Source: an uncultured Christensenellaceae bacterium (GTDB taxonomy: Bacteria > Bacillota > Clostridia > Christensenellales > UBA3700). Taken from it: a stretch of 64,000 nt of DNA. The DNA lies in NCBI GenBank assembly GCA_944381365.1, contig CALWKW010000002.1, positions 257,952-321,951 on the forward strand, given 5' to 3'. Shown one piece after another: positions 42,413-52,159 of this stretch. The notes under the pieces were generated by a model. The model had not been told where the DNA came from and searched no databases. It saw only the letters and a list, made by a program, of their open reading frames with translations. The position numbers and the translations under genes are program-made. Positions within the stretch are counted from its first letter, which is position 1. Every line of letters starts with the position of its first letter.

Positions 42413-43463
42413 TCTTTCCGGTATCTTTTAATTTCGATATACCGTTGAGCATAAAAAGCATTTGTCCGTCGGATATAGGTGGCAAGCCTACGCTAAATCT
42501 GCCACCAGCTTTCTTGCTCTCGTTTTCAACGGCGTTTTTCTCCTTCTTCCATTCGATACCGAAAGGCGGATTGGATATTATATAGTCAAAGGTATAATCT
42601 GCAAAATGGTCATTGGACAAAGTGTCGCCGTGTTTCATATTCTCAGCATTACCGCCCTTGATAAGCATATCGGCTTTGGCTATGGCGAAGGTTTCTTCGT
42701 TGAGTTCTTGTCCAAAACATTTTATACTTGCGTCTTTATCCAGCTCAAGCAATCTTTCAGTCATACAACCCAGCATTTGACTTGTACCCATAGCCATATC
42801 GTATACCGTAGCTGTTATGCCCTCTTCTCTGAGTCTGTCTTCGTCTTCGCCGATAAGAATATCTGACATAAGATAAATAATATCTCTTGCCGTAAAGTGC
42901 GCCCCTGCTTGTTCGTCATAGGACTCGCTGAACTTTCGCACCAATTCTTCGAATATATAGCCCATATCGGTACTAGTAACTTTATCGGGACTCAAATCTG
43001 CTTTTTGCGAACAAAACTCCGAGATAACAAGATACAGCAATCCGTTGTCTTCCATCTTCTTGATTTCGTCTTCAAACTTAAAGTTGTTGAGAATATCTAT
43101 TACATTTTCGCTAAAACCTTGCAAATACATCCTGAAGTTTTCGCCGATATTAAATTCGTCGGTCAACAACTTCTCCAACGTCATTTTGCTGGTGTTGTAA
43201 AATAAATAACCTGACGCTCTTTTCAAAAAGCCGTCTTTGACTTCTATCCCCTTGCTCTTCAATTCGTCATATTTATCCCATACAGCCTGTCTTGTGCCTA
43301 CCAACGCATCGCTAAATCTCTTGATTACACACATAGGCAATATAACCTTGCCGTATTCGTGAGGTTTGTAAACTCCTACCAATTTGTCGGCTATTGCCCA
43401 TATTAAGTTAGCCTTTTCTTGCACGTTGATTGTTGTCTGTTTTTGTCTCTCGCTTATCGTCAT
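42402..43463 (-). pseudogene. hsdM: Type I restriction-modification methylase subunit HsdM, 3'-truncated remnant
   Basis: HsdM N-terminal domain ('KANLIWAIADKLVGVYKPHEYGKVILPMCVIKRF'). Catalytic 'YIISNPPFG'. Ends shortly after 'LFMLNGISKLKDTG', whereas full-length HsdM continues ~150 aa. No hsdS or hsdR is nearby. Confidence 0.7.
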
Positions 43464-43624
43464 AAATTTACCTTTTATTGAGTATTTAATTTTTGATTTG
43501 CCTTATCTTTTATTGTATCATAACAAAATATTTTTGAAAAGATATTTTAATAATTTATATTAATAAAAAGTCCCTTAGTTTTTACCTAAGAGACTTAAGA
43601 ATAATTTTTTATATTAATTTGCAA

Positions 43625-44437
43625 TCAATCTAACTTCTTCCATATTTTTCTGTCCGCAAAATATATTTCACCATTGACAGTATTTCTTGCATCTTTCATT
43701 AATACATATCCGTAAAACTTTCCATTCGCATAGGGAGGCTTGCAAATTTTTACCCACTTCAAATCAGGATTCTCTTCGTTTGTGGCCTTAAGATACTTCT
43801 TATCAGCATCTTTCGAACACCACAATTCATATAGAGTCTTTAATTCAGGCTTTTGTGGCATATCAGCATGTTCAAGGTTGTTATTAATAAACTCATTCTC
43901 TTTCGGTTTTTGCTGGCGTTCTTGTACTTTGTGATACTCCTTATTATATTGAGTTACATGTGGTTTAGGTTGATTTACTTGTTTCGTATTAGGCAAAATC
44001 TTTTCGCTAACAGTTTTTTCCTGAGATACTTTAAAAGCATTTTTTACTTTTAAAGCTTTTACTACTGTCCATACTATTAAAACAAAAATAAAAAGTATCG
44101 TTATTGATGATAAAATGTATAAAATTGTTTGACTTATCGATTCTATAAACGCTAACACTGGCGTGACAGCGCTTAACAGTATTATCGAAATCAAAATATA
44201 CAAAGCTATTCTAGTTTTTCCGCCCGCTACCCTGTCTTTTAATATTTTCATTGAGAACAAGGTACCTACGCATATAGTAGCTAATGAAAAAGATACACTT
44301 AATATGCCCTTAATTATAACTTTATCTATAAGAGAAAAACCCGTAATCTCAAATATCTTAGGAACAAACATACCAAATAGCATTGTTATGATAATTGCCT
44401 GAAATGATTTCGCTACTTTTTTCAAATTATCCTCCAA
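43625..44437 (-). CDS. Membrane protein (about 4 TM) with an uncharacterised cytoplasmic C-terminal domain
   Basis: 270 aa. Hydrophobic segments in the first ~130 aa. Starts 12 nt after the stop of the GIY-YIG gene on the same strand. Confidence 0.5.
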   Translation of the reverse strand: MEDNLKKVAKSFQAIIITMLFGMFVPKIFEITGFSLIDKVIIKGILSVSFSLATICVGTLFSMKILKDRVAGGKTRIALYILISIILLSAVTPVLAFIESISQTILYILSSITILFIFVLIVWTVVKALKVKNAFKVSQEKTVSEKILPNTKQVNQPKPHVTQYNKEYHKVQERQQKPKENEFINNNLEHADMPQKPELKTLYELWCSKDADKKYLKATNEENPDLKWVKICKPPYANGKFYGYVLMKDARNTVNGEIYFADRKIWKKLD

Positions 44438-44449
44438 TAAAACTCAATT

Positions 44450-45283
44450 TTATTTGGTTCGATATATTTTATCTAATGTTTTGCCGTCTTTGTTTTTCCA
44501 CTCTGTCCAACCGTTTGTCGAGCCGCCTAAAACAAAATCACTCGCTCCACTAGGAGTATTAAATTCTAATGTAACTTTAAGAAAATACTTATCTACTTCC
44601 TGAACAATATCTCCTTTTTCTACAAGTACTCGTCTTTGCTTATTGTATTTTTCAAGATTAACATCTTTTTGCATATTTATTTCAGAGCCTTCCAATACCT
44701 GGAATTTATCGCCATTGTAAACACCATAAGCAGTAATGCCTAGTCTCGTAGTATGAAAAATTTCCGATTCATTAAGACTTTCTTTTGCATTATCCATCTT
44801 ATAGCCTTGAGTCGCCATAATAAACTGTATCTCTTCATAAACTTCTTCTATTGACGGCAAATCGTATTCGTCAATTTCGTATTGAGGTTTTACAAAATTC
44901 TCAACTTTATAACGATTTGACTCGTGCGCCTTAATTATCGCGTATTCTTCAAGACCGCTTATCATATCAAGGGAAAATGTTTTATTATCTGCAAGAAACA
45001 TAATCGCTTTATTCCAAAAATCTTTCGAACGATTATGATCATCCAACCTAGTAACCCCATTGCGTGTCTGTCCAATGTAAATTTGAGCTATCTTATTCTC
45101 GTCATTTTCGTTTATCAAATAATATATTCCAGGTCTATTTATGCCCGTTATCTTCTTTGCTTCGGATAGTAGGGGGCGAGGAATCACATAAGTTGTCATT
45201 GTTGATAGATGTCGACGTATGGACCTGATTCCGTCTGGTTGCCCGTTTAAATAAATTACTTCAAGTTTTTTGCTTTGTGCCAT
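44450..45283 (-). CDS. GIY-YIG nuclease domain protein with a DUF4357-like C-terminus
   Basis: 'PGIYYLINENDENKIAQIYIGQTRNGVTRLDDH' GIY-YIG motif. C-terminal 'ASDFVLGGSTNGWTEWKNKDGKTLDKIY', as in DUF4357 proteins commonly found next to type I R-M genes. Confidence 0.65.
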   Translation of the reverse strand: MAQSKKLEVIYLNGQPDGIRSIRRHLSTMTTYVIPRPLLSEAKKITGINRPGIYYLINENDENKIAQIYIGQTRNGVTRLDDHNRSKDFWNKAIMFLADNKTFSLDMISGLEEYAIIKAHESNRYKVENFVKPQYEIDEYDLPSIEEVYEEIQFIMATQGYKMDNAKESLNESEIFHTTRLGITAYGVYNGDKFQVLEGSEINMQKDVNLEKYNKQRRVLVEKGDIVQEVDKYFLKVTLEFNTPSGASDFVLGGSTNGWTEWKNKDGKTLDKIYRTK

Positions 45284-45513
45284 TTATACCTCTTTGCTTA
45301 ACATATATTTTCGCGTATATTATAACACAAATAAATATACAATACAAGATTTTACATTAATAATATGCACTTCCTTTTGTAGTGCACTTAATGGCAGAAA
45401 TAATTGTGAAAATCTACTAGTATCACAATTTAATACCTGCAAAATTAACAGAAGTATTGCCAGATATAAAAAATGGGATTATAATATTTATAGTAATAAA
45501 TATCGGTGACAAA

Positions 45514-46266
45514 ATGTTAAAGAAAATAGTTGTTTTTATAATCGTCATTGCAGTAATATCCGTTGGATTTACGGCTTGCGCTCCTACGCCGCCTAGTATA
45601 ATAATGCAAAGATGTTTTCAATCAACAGTAAATATATTTCCTGAAGATGCTCCTGTGCATATCAAGACAATAGATGTACTTAATAACAGCTTTATGTTCA
45701 GATGTATTATCGAAACAGAAGAACTGAACGAATTTGAGCCGTCCAAATATGACATAGGCAATGTTTATTTTATTGCCTATACAGGAAATCTGTCGAGCGA
45801 TCCTTTTGTGATTAGAGGTAAATATTCAATATGCACTGATAACCCCACAGAAGATAATCCTCTATTTGCTAAATTTTTGAAAGACAATCATTGGGGAAAG
45901 GATTATACCGATTATGAAATATTGTACGGTGCAGAAAAACCTGCCGTATTGTTTGAGGAAGAAGATACAGAAGTTTTGAATGAGCTTGCGGGCAAGATGG
46001 CAGAAAAAATTACAGAAAAACAAATCGGCAAAACAAACGAATATGTTCTCGGAGAGATAAGAAGCAACCCTGCAAGCGGAAAATACTATTACGGTGATTT
46101 TAACCTTAAGGATATGACAATGAAGTTTATCCGTATTAATATTACAAAAGAAACGCTGCAGGCTTATAAAGACAGCGGAGAAGTAATATTATCAGGCATA
46201 TCGTCAGAAGATTTTGATCCGTACAGGTATGCAGAATATGCAGATGAGATTATAAGCAATACATAG
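45514..46266 (+). CDS. Lipoprotein, function unknown
   Basis: Start at MLKKIVVF (ATG 45514). Lipobox 'GFTAC'. Confidence 0.55.
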   Translation: MLKKIVVFIIVIAVISVGFTACAPTPPSIIMQRCFQSTVNIFPEDAPVHIKTIDVLNNSFMFRCIIETEELNEFEPSKYDIGNVYFIAYTGNLSSDPFVIRGKYSICTDNPTEDNPLFAKFLKDNHWGKDYTDYEILYGAEKPAVLFEEEDTEVLNELAGKMAEKITEKQIGKTNEYVLGEIRSNPASGKYYYGDFNLKDMTMKFIRINITKETLQAYKDSGEVILSGISSEDFDPYRYAEYADEIISNT

Positions 46267-46364
46267 CAAAATTGCAAAACACGCAAGGACTACCCTATGC
46301 GTGTTTTTTGAAAATAATATAATTTTATTTGACTCTATTTCCTTTTTAATTTTTAATGTTTTTA

Positions 46365-49300
46365 TCAAAGAACATCAAAATCATCAAACATTGATTGCTG
46401 AATTGTAGTAGACTTGTTTTTGGCGGATAGAATTATGTCGGCAATATATTCATATGCTTTTACAAATGAATTTGGAATAAAAATTATTTTTATGTTGTTT
46501 TGTTTGCATATTTCCATTTTCATTCTATCAGACTTCTCTCTTGCCAACACTCCAAAATGTTCGCCCCCATTAACCTCAAAAACAATAACCGGTTTCTTTC
46601 CCCAAAATGTTTTCTCATAAAGTACTAAATCAAATTCCTTAGATGCCAGATTTTGCGGCAAATTGTTTTTGAAAATTTTATTTAACTTAACATTTCTTTC
46701 TGCTTCAAAAGACTTATGGCATGTACAGAAATGAGATACTGTTTTAAAAAATTCATCTTCAGCAACACTACCGTTAGATTTTCCTACTTCTATTTTTACT
46801 GATTCATTAGGAGGTACAACTATTTTTCCGTTATGTTTTGCATATTGAATCAGATTATAAAGATCATCCTTTTTATCTGATAAAATATCCATAATTTCCA
46901 CATCGGCAGCGACAATTAATTTGCTTTTCGCTCTGGTAGTTGCAACATTAATTAATTCGTAATTATTCTTTAGCCATTTGTATGTATTTTTACTAGTCTT
47001 GCTTGATATCGCAGTCGAAAAAATAATAGTATCTCTTTCTGCTCCTTGCAAAGAATGTATAGTGCCGCAATCAATATTTTTGATATTTCTTTCTTTCAAT
47101 AGCTTTTGCAATAAATCTTTTTGGTTTACAAAAGGAGTAATGATATACGCATCGTCGATTTTGTTCCTTTCTATATAATCAACAATAGCTACTGCCTCAT
47201 CTATTGCTTCATTCTTCTGCTTTACATTTTGATTTTTTACATCAATTACTTTTAAGTCGCCTTCAAAATCCACATAAGACAAATTCAATGAATTATTATA
47301 ATATCTCTGATTTGAAAAGCCTATTATTTTCTTTCCGCATCTATAATGATATTTTAATAAAATGTATTTTGAAATATTATCATTTTCTACCATTACATCA
47401 AGGATAGAATTGGTTTTGTAATCATAAATATCTAATATATTATATTGTTCTTTTAAGTCTTCATTGACTTGGTCTTCTAGTATAATAACAGGCTTCAACT
47501 GATTGGGATCTCCAACTAGCAACAAAGATTCGGCTTTTGCTATCGGAAGCAAAGCTGTAGCAACATTGCATTGCCCTGCCTCATCCATAACTACCAAATC
47601 AAACATAAATTTCGGCGAACCTAATCTTCTTGAAGAGATATTAGTCGAGAATATTACAGGAAATACTTCGACCAACTTTTTCATATTCAAATCGTCCTGC
47701 ATCCATTTATTGAAACTTGTAGCACGCTCATCGTCATCTTCGATATTGCATATTCCTATCAATTCCGAATATCTTGGCTTTTTTAGTTTCAATATATACT
47801 GCAACGATTTGAAAAATAAAAATTGCGATAGATAATAGTTTTCAGTTAATGGAGTAAATAATGATGTTATTTCTTCATTAGATATTTCTGGATACTGTTT
47901 TAGTTCATTCTTTAATTGCTCAATCTTTTCTTTTACGATATCGATGATTTTACTGCTATTATCACCAAAAGAATCAATTAATCGACGCGAACTCTCTAAA
48001 CAATTTTCTATTTCGCTTCTTTTTTCTTGGATATTTAACAAATTAATTAATTTTTTATTTCTATCGTCATCAGTAACTTTTATTTTATTCAATAAATCAT
48101 CTTTTGCGATTTTATCTGTTTTATAGTTATATAATTCTCTTATTCTTAATGTAGCCTTCTTTACATCTTCAAAATTACCGAGTCTTAAATAAGGAAAATT
48201 GATTATTTCGTCTCTATATGAAAATTTTAATTTTTCAACTATTCCGTTTACCGGCTTATTGTTTGATGAACAAATCAAAACTGTTTTATCATTATAGAAA
48301 GCACTGAGAGTCACATTTATAATTGTTTGAGTTTTGCCAGTTCCGGGCGGTCCTTGCACAAAGGTTACAGGATATTTCAAAGCATTGTACAAAACTCTCA
48401 TTTGATTAATGTTTATTCTTTTATCGTAAATAATCAAAGATGGTTTTTTCCGCCTGAAATTATTTCTTTTCGTGATATTCCCAAAAAATGATTTTAAAGG
48501 TATAGGCAACTCATTGTCATAATACTTTCTTTCAATAGTATCGTAGGTTTCTGTTAGATCAACAGGGATATCTCTTTGCAAAAGCATTATATCAGGTCTT
48601 GTATCAATGTACTCGCCAGGCTTTAAGTTCTCTTTGATTACAGATTGATAAAAATCAAATTTATCAGCAAATGTTCTGGTAAATTCTTCAACATCCATTT
48701 TTATATAATTGAATAAAGAATGTCTTCGACCGTCTACTATAAAAGATTGATTGAACCTTAATTTATTGTTCAGAACCAAAGCCTTTTTAACTGGATCAAA
48801 TGTAATTGCATAATAACATATTACATATTTATTTTTGCCTTCATCTATGGAAAAACAATTTATTGCCAATGTGTAAAAACTGTTACTGTTATTTTTGAGA
48901 TTGTAGTGGTAAATATCGGCTATTATTTTTTTAGCCTGTTCATCACTTAACGAATAAGTTTTATTTTTTCTTAACTGAATTAAATCTATTCCCGGAATTG
49001 CCGTATATTCTTTCTGACAAGGATCGTTATCTAATATGTTGCATTCGGCATAATAATTTAGCACATTGTGATTAAAATGGTCATAATTTAGCCAAGCACA
49101 TTTACTTAAATTTTTCTCTATTTTATTAATTAAATCATCGGGCACATCATATGATGCCAAATCTATTATTTCCGCTTGCTGAATATTTTCGAAATATATC
49201 CAATATTCAAATGTCTTCATGGATTTTTTATCGTTAAATGCAGTCACATACAATTTATGACTATCCAAATCAATATCTTTTACTGCGATCCAATAATATG

Positions 49301-49385
49301 TATTTTCGCCCTTTTGATTTATATATGATATATTAAGCCATTTGCCTTCTTTTATTGCTTTTGATATCTTATCCCCGATATTCAT
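46365..49385 (-). CDS. SF1 (Upf1/COG1112-like) helicase with a large unknown N-terminal region and a C-terminal Vsr/DUF559-like endonuclease-fold domain
   Basis: 1006 aa. 'QGPPGTGKTQT' Walker A, 'VVMDEAGQ' Walker B, 'LVGDPNQLKPV', 'TIHSLQGAERDTIIFS', 'NVATTRAK'. C-terminal 'EFDLVLYEK...PVIVFEVNGGEHF'. Confidence 0.7.
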   Translation of the reverse strand: MNIGDKISKAIKEGKWLNISYINQKGENTYYWIAVKDIDLDSHKLYVTAFNDKKSMKTFEYWIYFENIQQAEIIDLASYDVPDDLINKIEKNLSKCAWLNYDHFNHNVLNYYAECNILDNDPCQKEYTAIPGIDLIQLRKNKTYSLSDEQAKKIIADIYHYNLKNNSNSFYTLAINCFSIDEGKNKYVICYYAITFDPVKKALVLNNKLRFNQSFIVDGRRHSLFNYIKMDVEEFTRTFADKFDFYQSVIKENLKPGEYIDTRPDIMLLQRDIPVDLTETYDTIERKYYDNELPIPLKSFFGNITKRNNFRRKKPSLIIYDKRININQMRVLYNALKYPVTFVQGPPGTGKTQTIINVTLSAFYNDKTVLICSSNNKPVNGIVEKLKFSYRDEIINFPYLRLGNFEDVKKATLRIRELYNYKTDKIAKDDLLNKIKVTDDDRNKKLINLLNIQEKRSEIENCLESSRRLIDSFGDNSSKIIDIVKEKIEQLKNELKQYPEISNEEITSLFTPLTENYYLSQFLFFKSLQYILKLKKPRYSELIGICNIEDDDERATSFNKWMQDDLNMKKLVEVFPVIFSTNISSRRLGSPKFMFDLVVMDEAGQCNVATALLPIAKAESLLLVGDPNQLKPVIILEDQVNEDLKEQYNILDIYDYKTNSILDVMVENDNISKYILLKYHYRCGKKIIGFSNQRYYNNSLNLSYVDFEGDLKVIDVKNQNVKQKNEAIDEAVAIVDYIERNKIDDAYIITPFVNQKDLLQKLLKERNIKNIDCGTIHSLQGAERDTIIFSTAISSKTSKNTYKWLKNNYELINVATTRAKSKLIVAADVEIMDILSDKKDDLYNLIQYAKHNGKIVVPPNESVKIEVGKSNGSVAEDEFFKTVSHFCTCHKSFEAERNVKLNKIFKNNLPQNLASKEFDLVLYEKTFWGKKPVIVFEVNGGEHFGVLAREKSDRMKMEICKQNNIKIIFIPNSFVKAYEYIADIILSAKNKSTTIQQSMFDDFDVL

Positions 49386-49714
49386 AACACATCCATCTTA
49401 CCTTAACTTTATAAAACTAATAAGATTATAACATATTATTAAAATTTATACAACAAAATCTATAAGAAAAGCCTTAAAAGAGCAATAAAATAAACATTCT
49501 ATTAAATGTATAGGTGTCTCACCAAGCGGTTCCCATAAGAACACCTAAGTTCTTATGGTACTTTATATTAACTGAATATTGGGTTTCAATTATCTAAAAT
49601 TTTTATAAATACATTTATTTGCAAAAAAGTTTAATAAAAAGATTATTTTTTTAAAAATTATAGAAATACTGATATAAATATGTTATAATATGTTATAACA
49701 ATTAGGAGATTTCT

Positions 49715-49984
49715 ATGAAGATAAAAGAAAGAATAATATATTATCTTGATATCTATGATGGCGAAGAACAAGGGACAATCAAGCGTGTTTCGGAAGATTT
49801 AATCTCGTGTTCTCCAAAACGAAACACCTATGAAATACTAAATATGATTTATACTGCTTTTCAAGAATTGGTGGCAGATAAGAAAATTGAATTGATAGTA
49901 TGTGAGAAAATGACTCCAACTCAACTTCATCGATTTAATATGGAAAGCAAAACTTTTTATCGCATAATAGACAGAAACGTGTAA
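49715..49984 (+). CDS. Small hypothetical protein
   Basis: 89 aa. RBS AGGAGA. Followed by the hairpin terminator at 50041-50075. Confidence 0.4.
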   Translation: MKIKERIIYYLDIYDGEEQGTIKRVSEDLISCSPKRNTYEILNMIYTAFQELVADKKIELIVCEKMTPTQLHRFNMESKTFYRIIDRNV

Positions 49985-50113
49985 TTATTTTGCCTTTAAG
50001 TATTATTTTGTATTTACTCAATAAATAATTTTACAATTTAAAATCCCATAAGAGTGAAATATCTTATGGGATTTTATAGATAATTTGGAATTTATTATAT
50101 TTGCATCATATTT

Positions 50114-52159
50114 TTATCTTGTGAGATTTATATTGAAATTTTTCTTAAGCATGTGCATTTTTATAATTGTAATGGCCAAAGTGATGACTATAGATAAAAC
50201 AAGCAAAATCGCATTGCTACCGGCTACTTGACAGACAAAGAAAAGTATATTCTTTTCTATCAATACTTTGGCAATTATGTTTACAATCAAAGCTATAGTA
50301 TTGGCAGACAAAATCACAGGCAGAGCCTGCAAAATCAATATACCGAAAATACTTTTTTCTCCTATTCGCAAAGTCTTGAGTATATACAATTCTCTAGTGT
50401 TTATAATGGCAATATGGCTAAGAACTGCCAGCATATACAAAGACGCCAATATTATACCGACAAAAAGTATTGTGTAGACATATGGCTGCATCGTCTTTTG
50501 TATTATCCGAGCATCTTTGTAGGCATAATAATTTTCATTGTATATATCGACATCTTTGTCCCACCAATAATCAATTTTATCTTTGTCAGCGGTCTTTATA
50601 AAATATCCGTAATATAGTCTTGCCATGCTGATATCATGATAATCCGATGGCGAAACATAGAGAATATATTCCTCAGCATTTTCGTTTGTCCTATCGACAG
50701 ATTGGATTTTATAATCTTTTGAATAAAGAGTCGTGCGATAATCTTTTATTTCCCAAGTAATAGTATTTTTTCTCAAATCTATATACTTAGGCTCATTTTT
50801 CCCCAACGCATAGTATATTCCAAAATTGACAATACACTCTCCTTCTTTTAGAGTATCGTCCATTACGATTTTTGTTTGATTATGAAAGATATTGAATAAT
50901 ACAGATACTTCAGGAGTAAGGATAATTTCCTTGGCGGTTTTATCATTGAGATATACGGCATAATTTAAATTTATTTCCTCGCTAGAAGGTATATCCCTGA
51001 TAAATTCTTTGACGACAAAACTTTTGTCAAAATAATCGAGCATATCCCCTTCTTTTACAGTGTCAAGAAGTTTATTGTCGAGCACCTTTTTAGTGGCATA
51101 ACCCAGTTTTATCTCATTGTCTTTCAGACTGTCATCTACAATTATATATTTGCTTTGTCCTTCTGTCCCATAATAATTGTAATATCTCAAAAGTCCTGTT
51201 GTATCCGCACCTTCTATTTTTTGTGCAAACAAGTTCATATCATCGTCATTATAAAGAGTCGAGTATTCATAAACCTCAATATTTTTGAGATATTCATTTC
51301 TACAATTCATCAAAAGAATTGCAAGGGGAAACGCTATCAACACAAACATTAAAGCAAGGATAAATATCGAGGTCAATTTTTTTGCAAAAGTATTTTTCAG
51401 TTTTGCAAAACAAAATTTGTTGAGAGAAGAAAAGGTCAACTGACGGGGCTTTCCAATTGTATTTTGGGGCAAATCCTTTTCAGTCTTATCGATATTGATT
51501 TTTTCATTGTTAGATGATAATGAATTTTTTTGATAAAGCTCAGAGTCTTCTTGTATATCGCCTTTGTAAATCCTTATTATTCTGTCGGCATACTTATCGG
51601 CAAATTCTACTTTGTGAGTGATGACAAGCACGAGTTTTTGCAAAGAAATCTCTTTGAGAATTGACATAACGTTCTCGCCGTTTTTTTCATCCAGACTTCC
51701 TGTCGGCTCGTCTGCCAAGAGTATCTTGCTGTCGTCAAGCAAAGCTCTTGCTATTGCAACTCTCTGCATCTCTCCGCCGCTCAACTTGGATACCTTGGTG
51801 TTGATATATTTTTTTATGCCAAGGTTTTGCAATATCTCTGTTTGCTTTTGAGTATCGGCAGAGCATATATCGAGATTTTGTTTTACGGTAAGACCGCCCA
51901 AAAGGTTTCCGTCCTGAAAGATTATACCGAAAATGTTGTGCGAGTTTATTTTTTCATCCGTATTGAGAGGTGTGCCGTCATACAATACTTGACCGCTGTC
52001 AGGCTTGACTATGCCCGTAAGGATATTAAATAGCGTACTTTTACCGCTACCGCTCTCGCCTAATATCGCCACAAGTCCTTTTTCGCCGAATGAAAGATTT
52101 ATATCATTTAAAGCGGTAGCGTTTTTGAACTTTTTGTTTATTCCTATGACTTCGAGCAT
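50114..52159 (-). CDS. Fused ABC transporter ATPase-permease (second of a tandem pair)
   Basis: Start at MLEVIGINKKF (ATG 52159). 'GESGSGKST', 'LSGGEMQRVAIARAL', 'LLADEPTGSLD'. TM helices in the C-terminal part. Confidence 0.75.
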   Translation of the reverse strand: MLEVIGINKKFKNATALNDINLSFGEKGLVAILGESGSGKSTLFNILTGIVKPDSGQVLYDGTPLNTDEKINSHNIFGIIFQDGNLLGGLTVKQNLDICSADTQKQTEILQNLGIKKYINTKVSKLSGGEMQRVAIARALLDDSKILLADEPTGSLDEKNGENVMSILKEISLQKLVLVITHKVEFADKYADRIIRIYKGDIQEDSELYQKNSLSSNNEKINIDKTEKDLPQNTIGKPRQLTFSSLNKFCFAKLKNTFAKKLTSIFILALMFVLIAFPLAILLMNCRNEYLKNIEVYEYSTLYNDDDMNLFAQKIEGADTTGLLRYYNYYGTEGQSKYIIVDDSLKDNEIKLGYATKKVLDNKLLDTVKEGDMLDYFDKSFVVKEFIRDIPSSEEINLNYAVYLNDKTAKEIILTPEVSVLFNIFHNQTKIVMDDTLKEGECIVNFGIYYALGKNEPKYIDLRKNTITWEIKDYRTTLYSKDYKIQSVDRTNENAEEYILYVSPSDYHDISMARLYYGYFIKTADKDKIDYWWDKDVDIYNENYYAYKDARIIQKTMQPYVYTILFVGIILASLYMLAVLSHIAIINTRELYILKTLRIGEKSIFGILILQALPVILSANTIALIVNIIAKVLIEKNILFFVCQVAGSNAILLVLSIVITLAITIIKMHMLKKNFNINLTR

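Noticed and set aside
49533-50075. Two hairpins sharing the stem core CCCATAAGA/TCTTATGGG (49533-49558 and 50041-50075) flank the 89-aa ORF. I considered a MITE-like or cassette boundary.
   Set aside because: The shared core is only 9 nt. The second hairpin is fully explained as a bidirectional terminator. There are no target-site duplications or further similarity.
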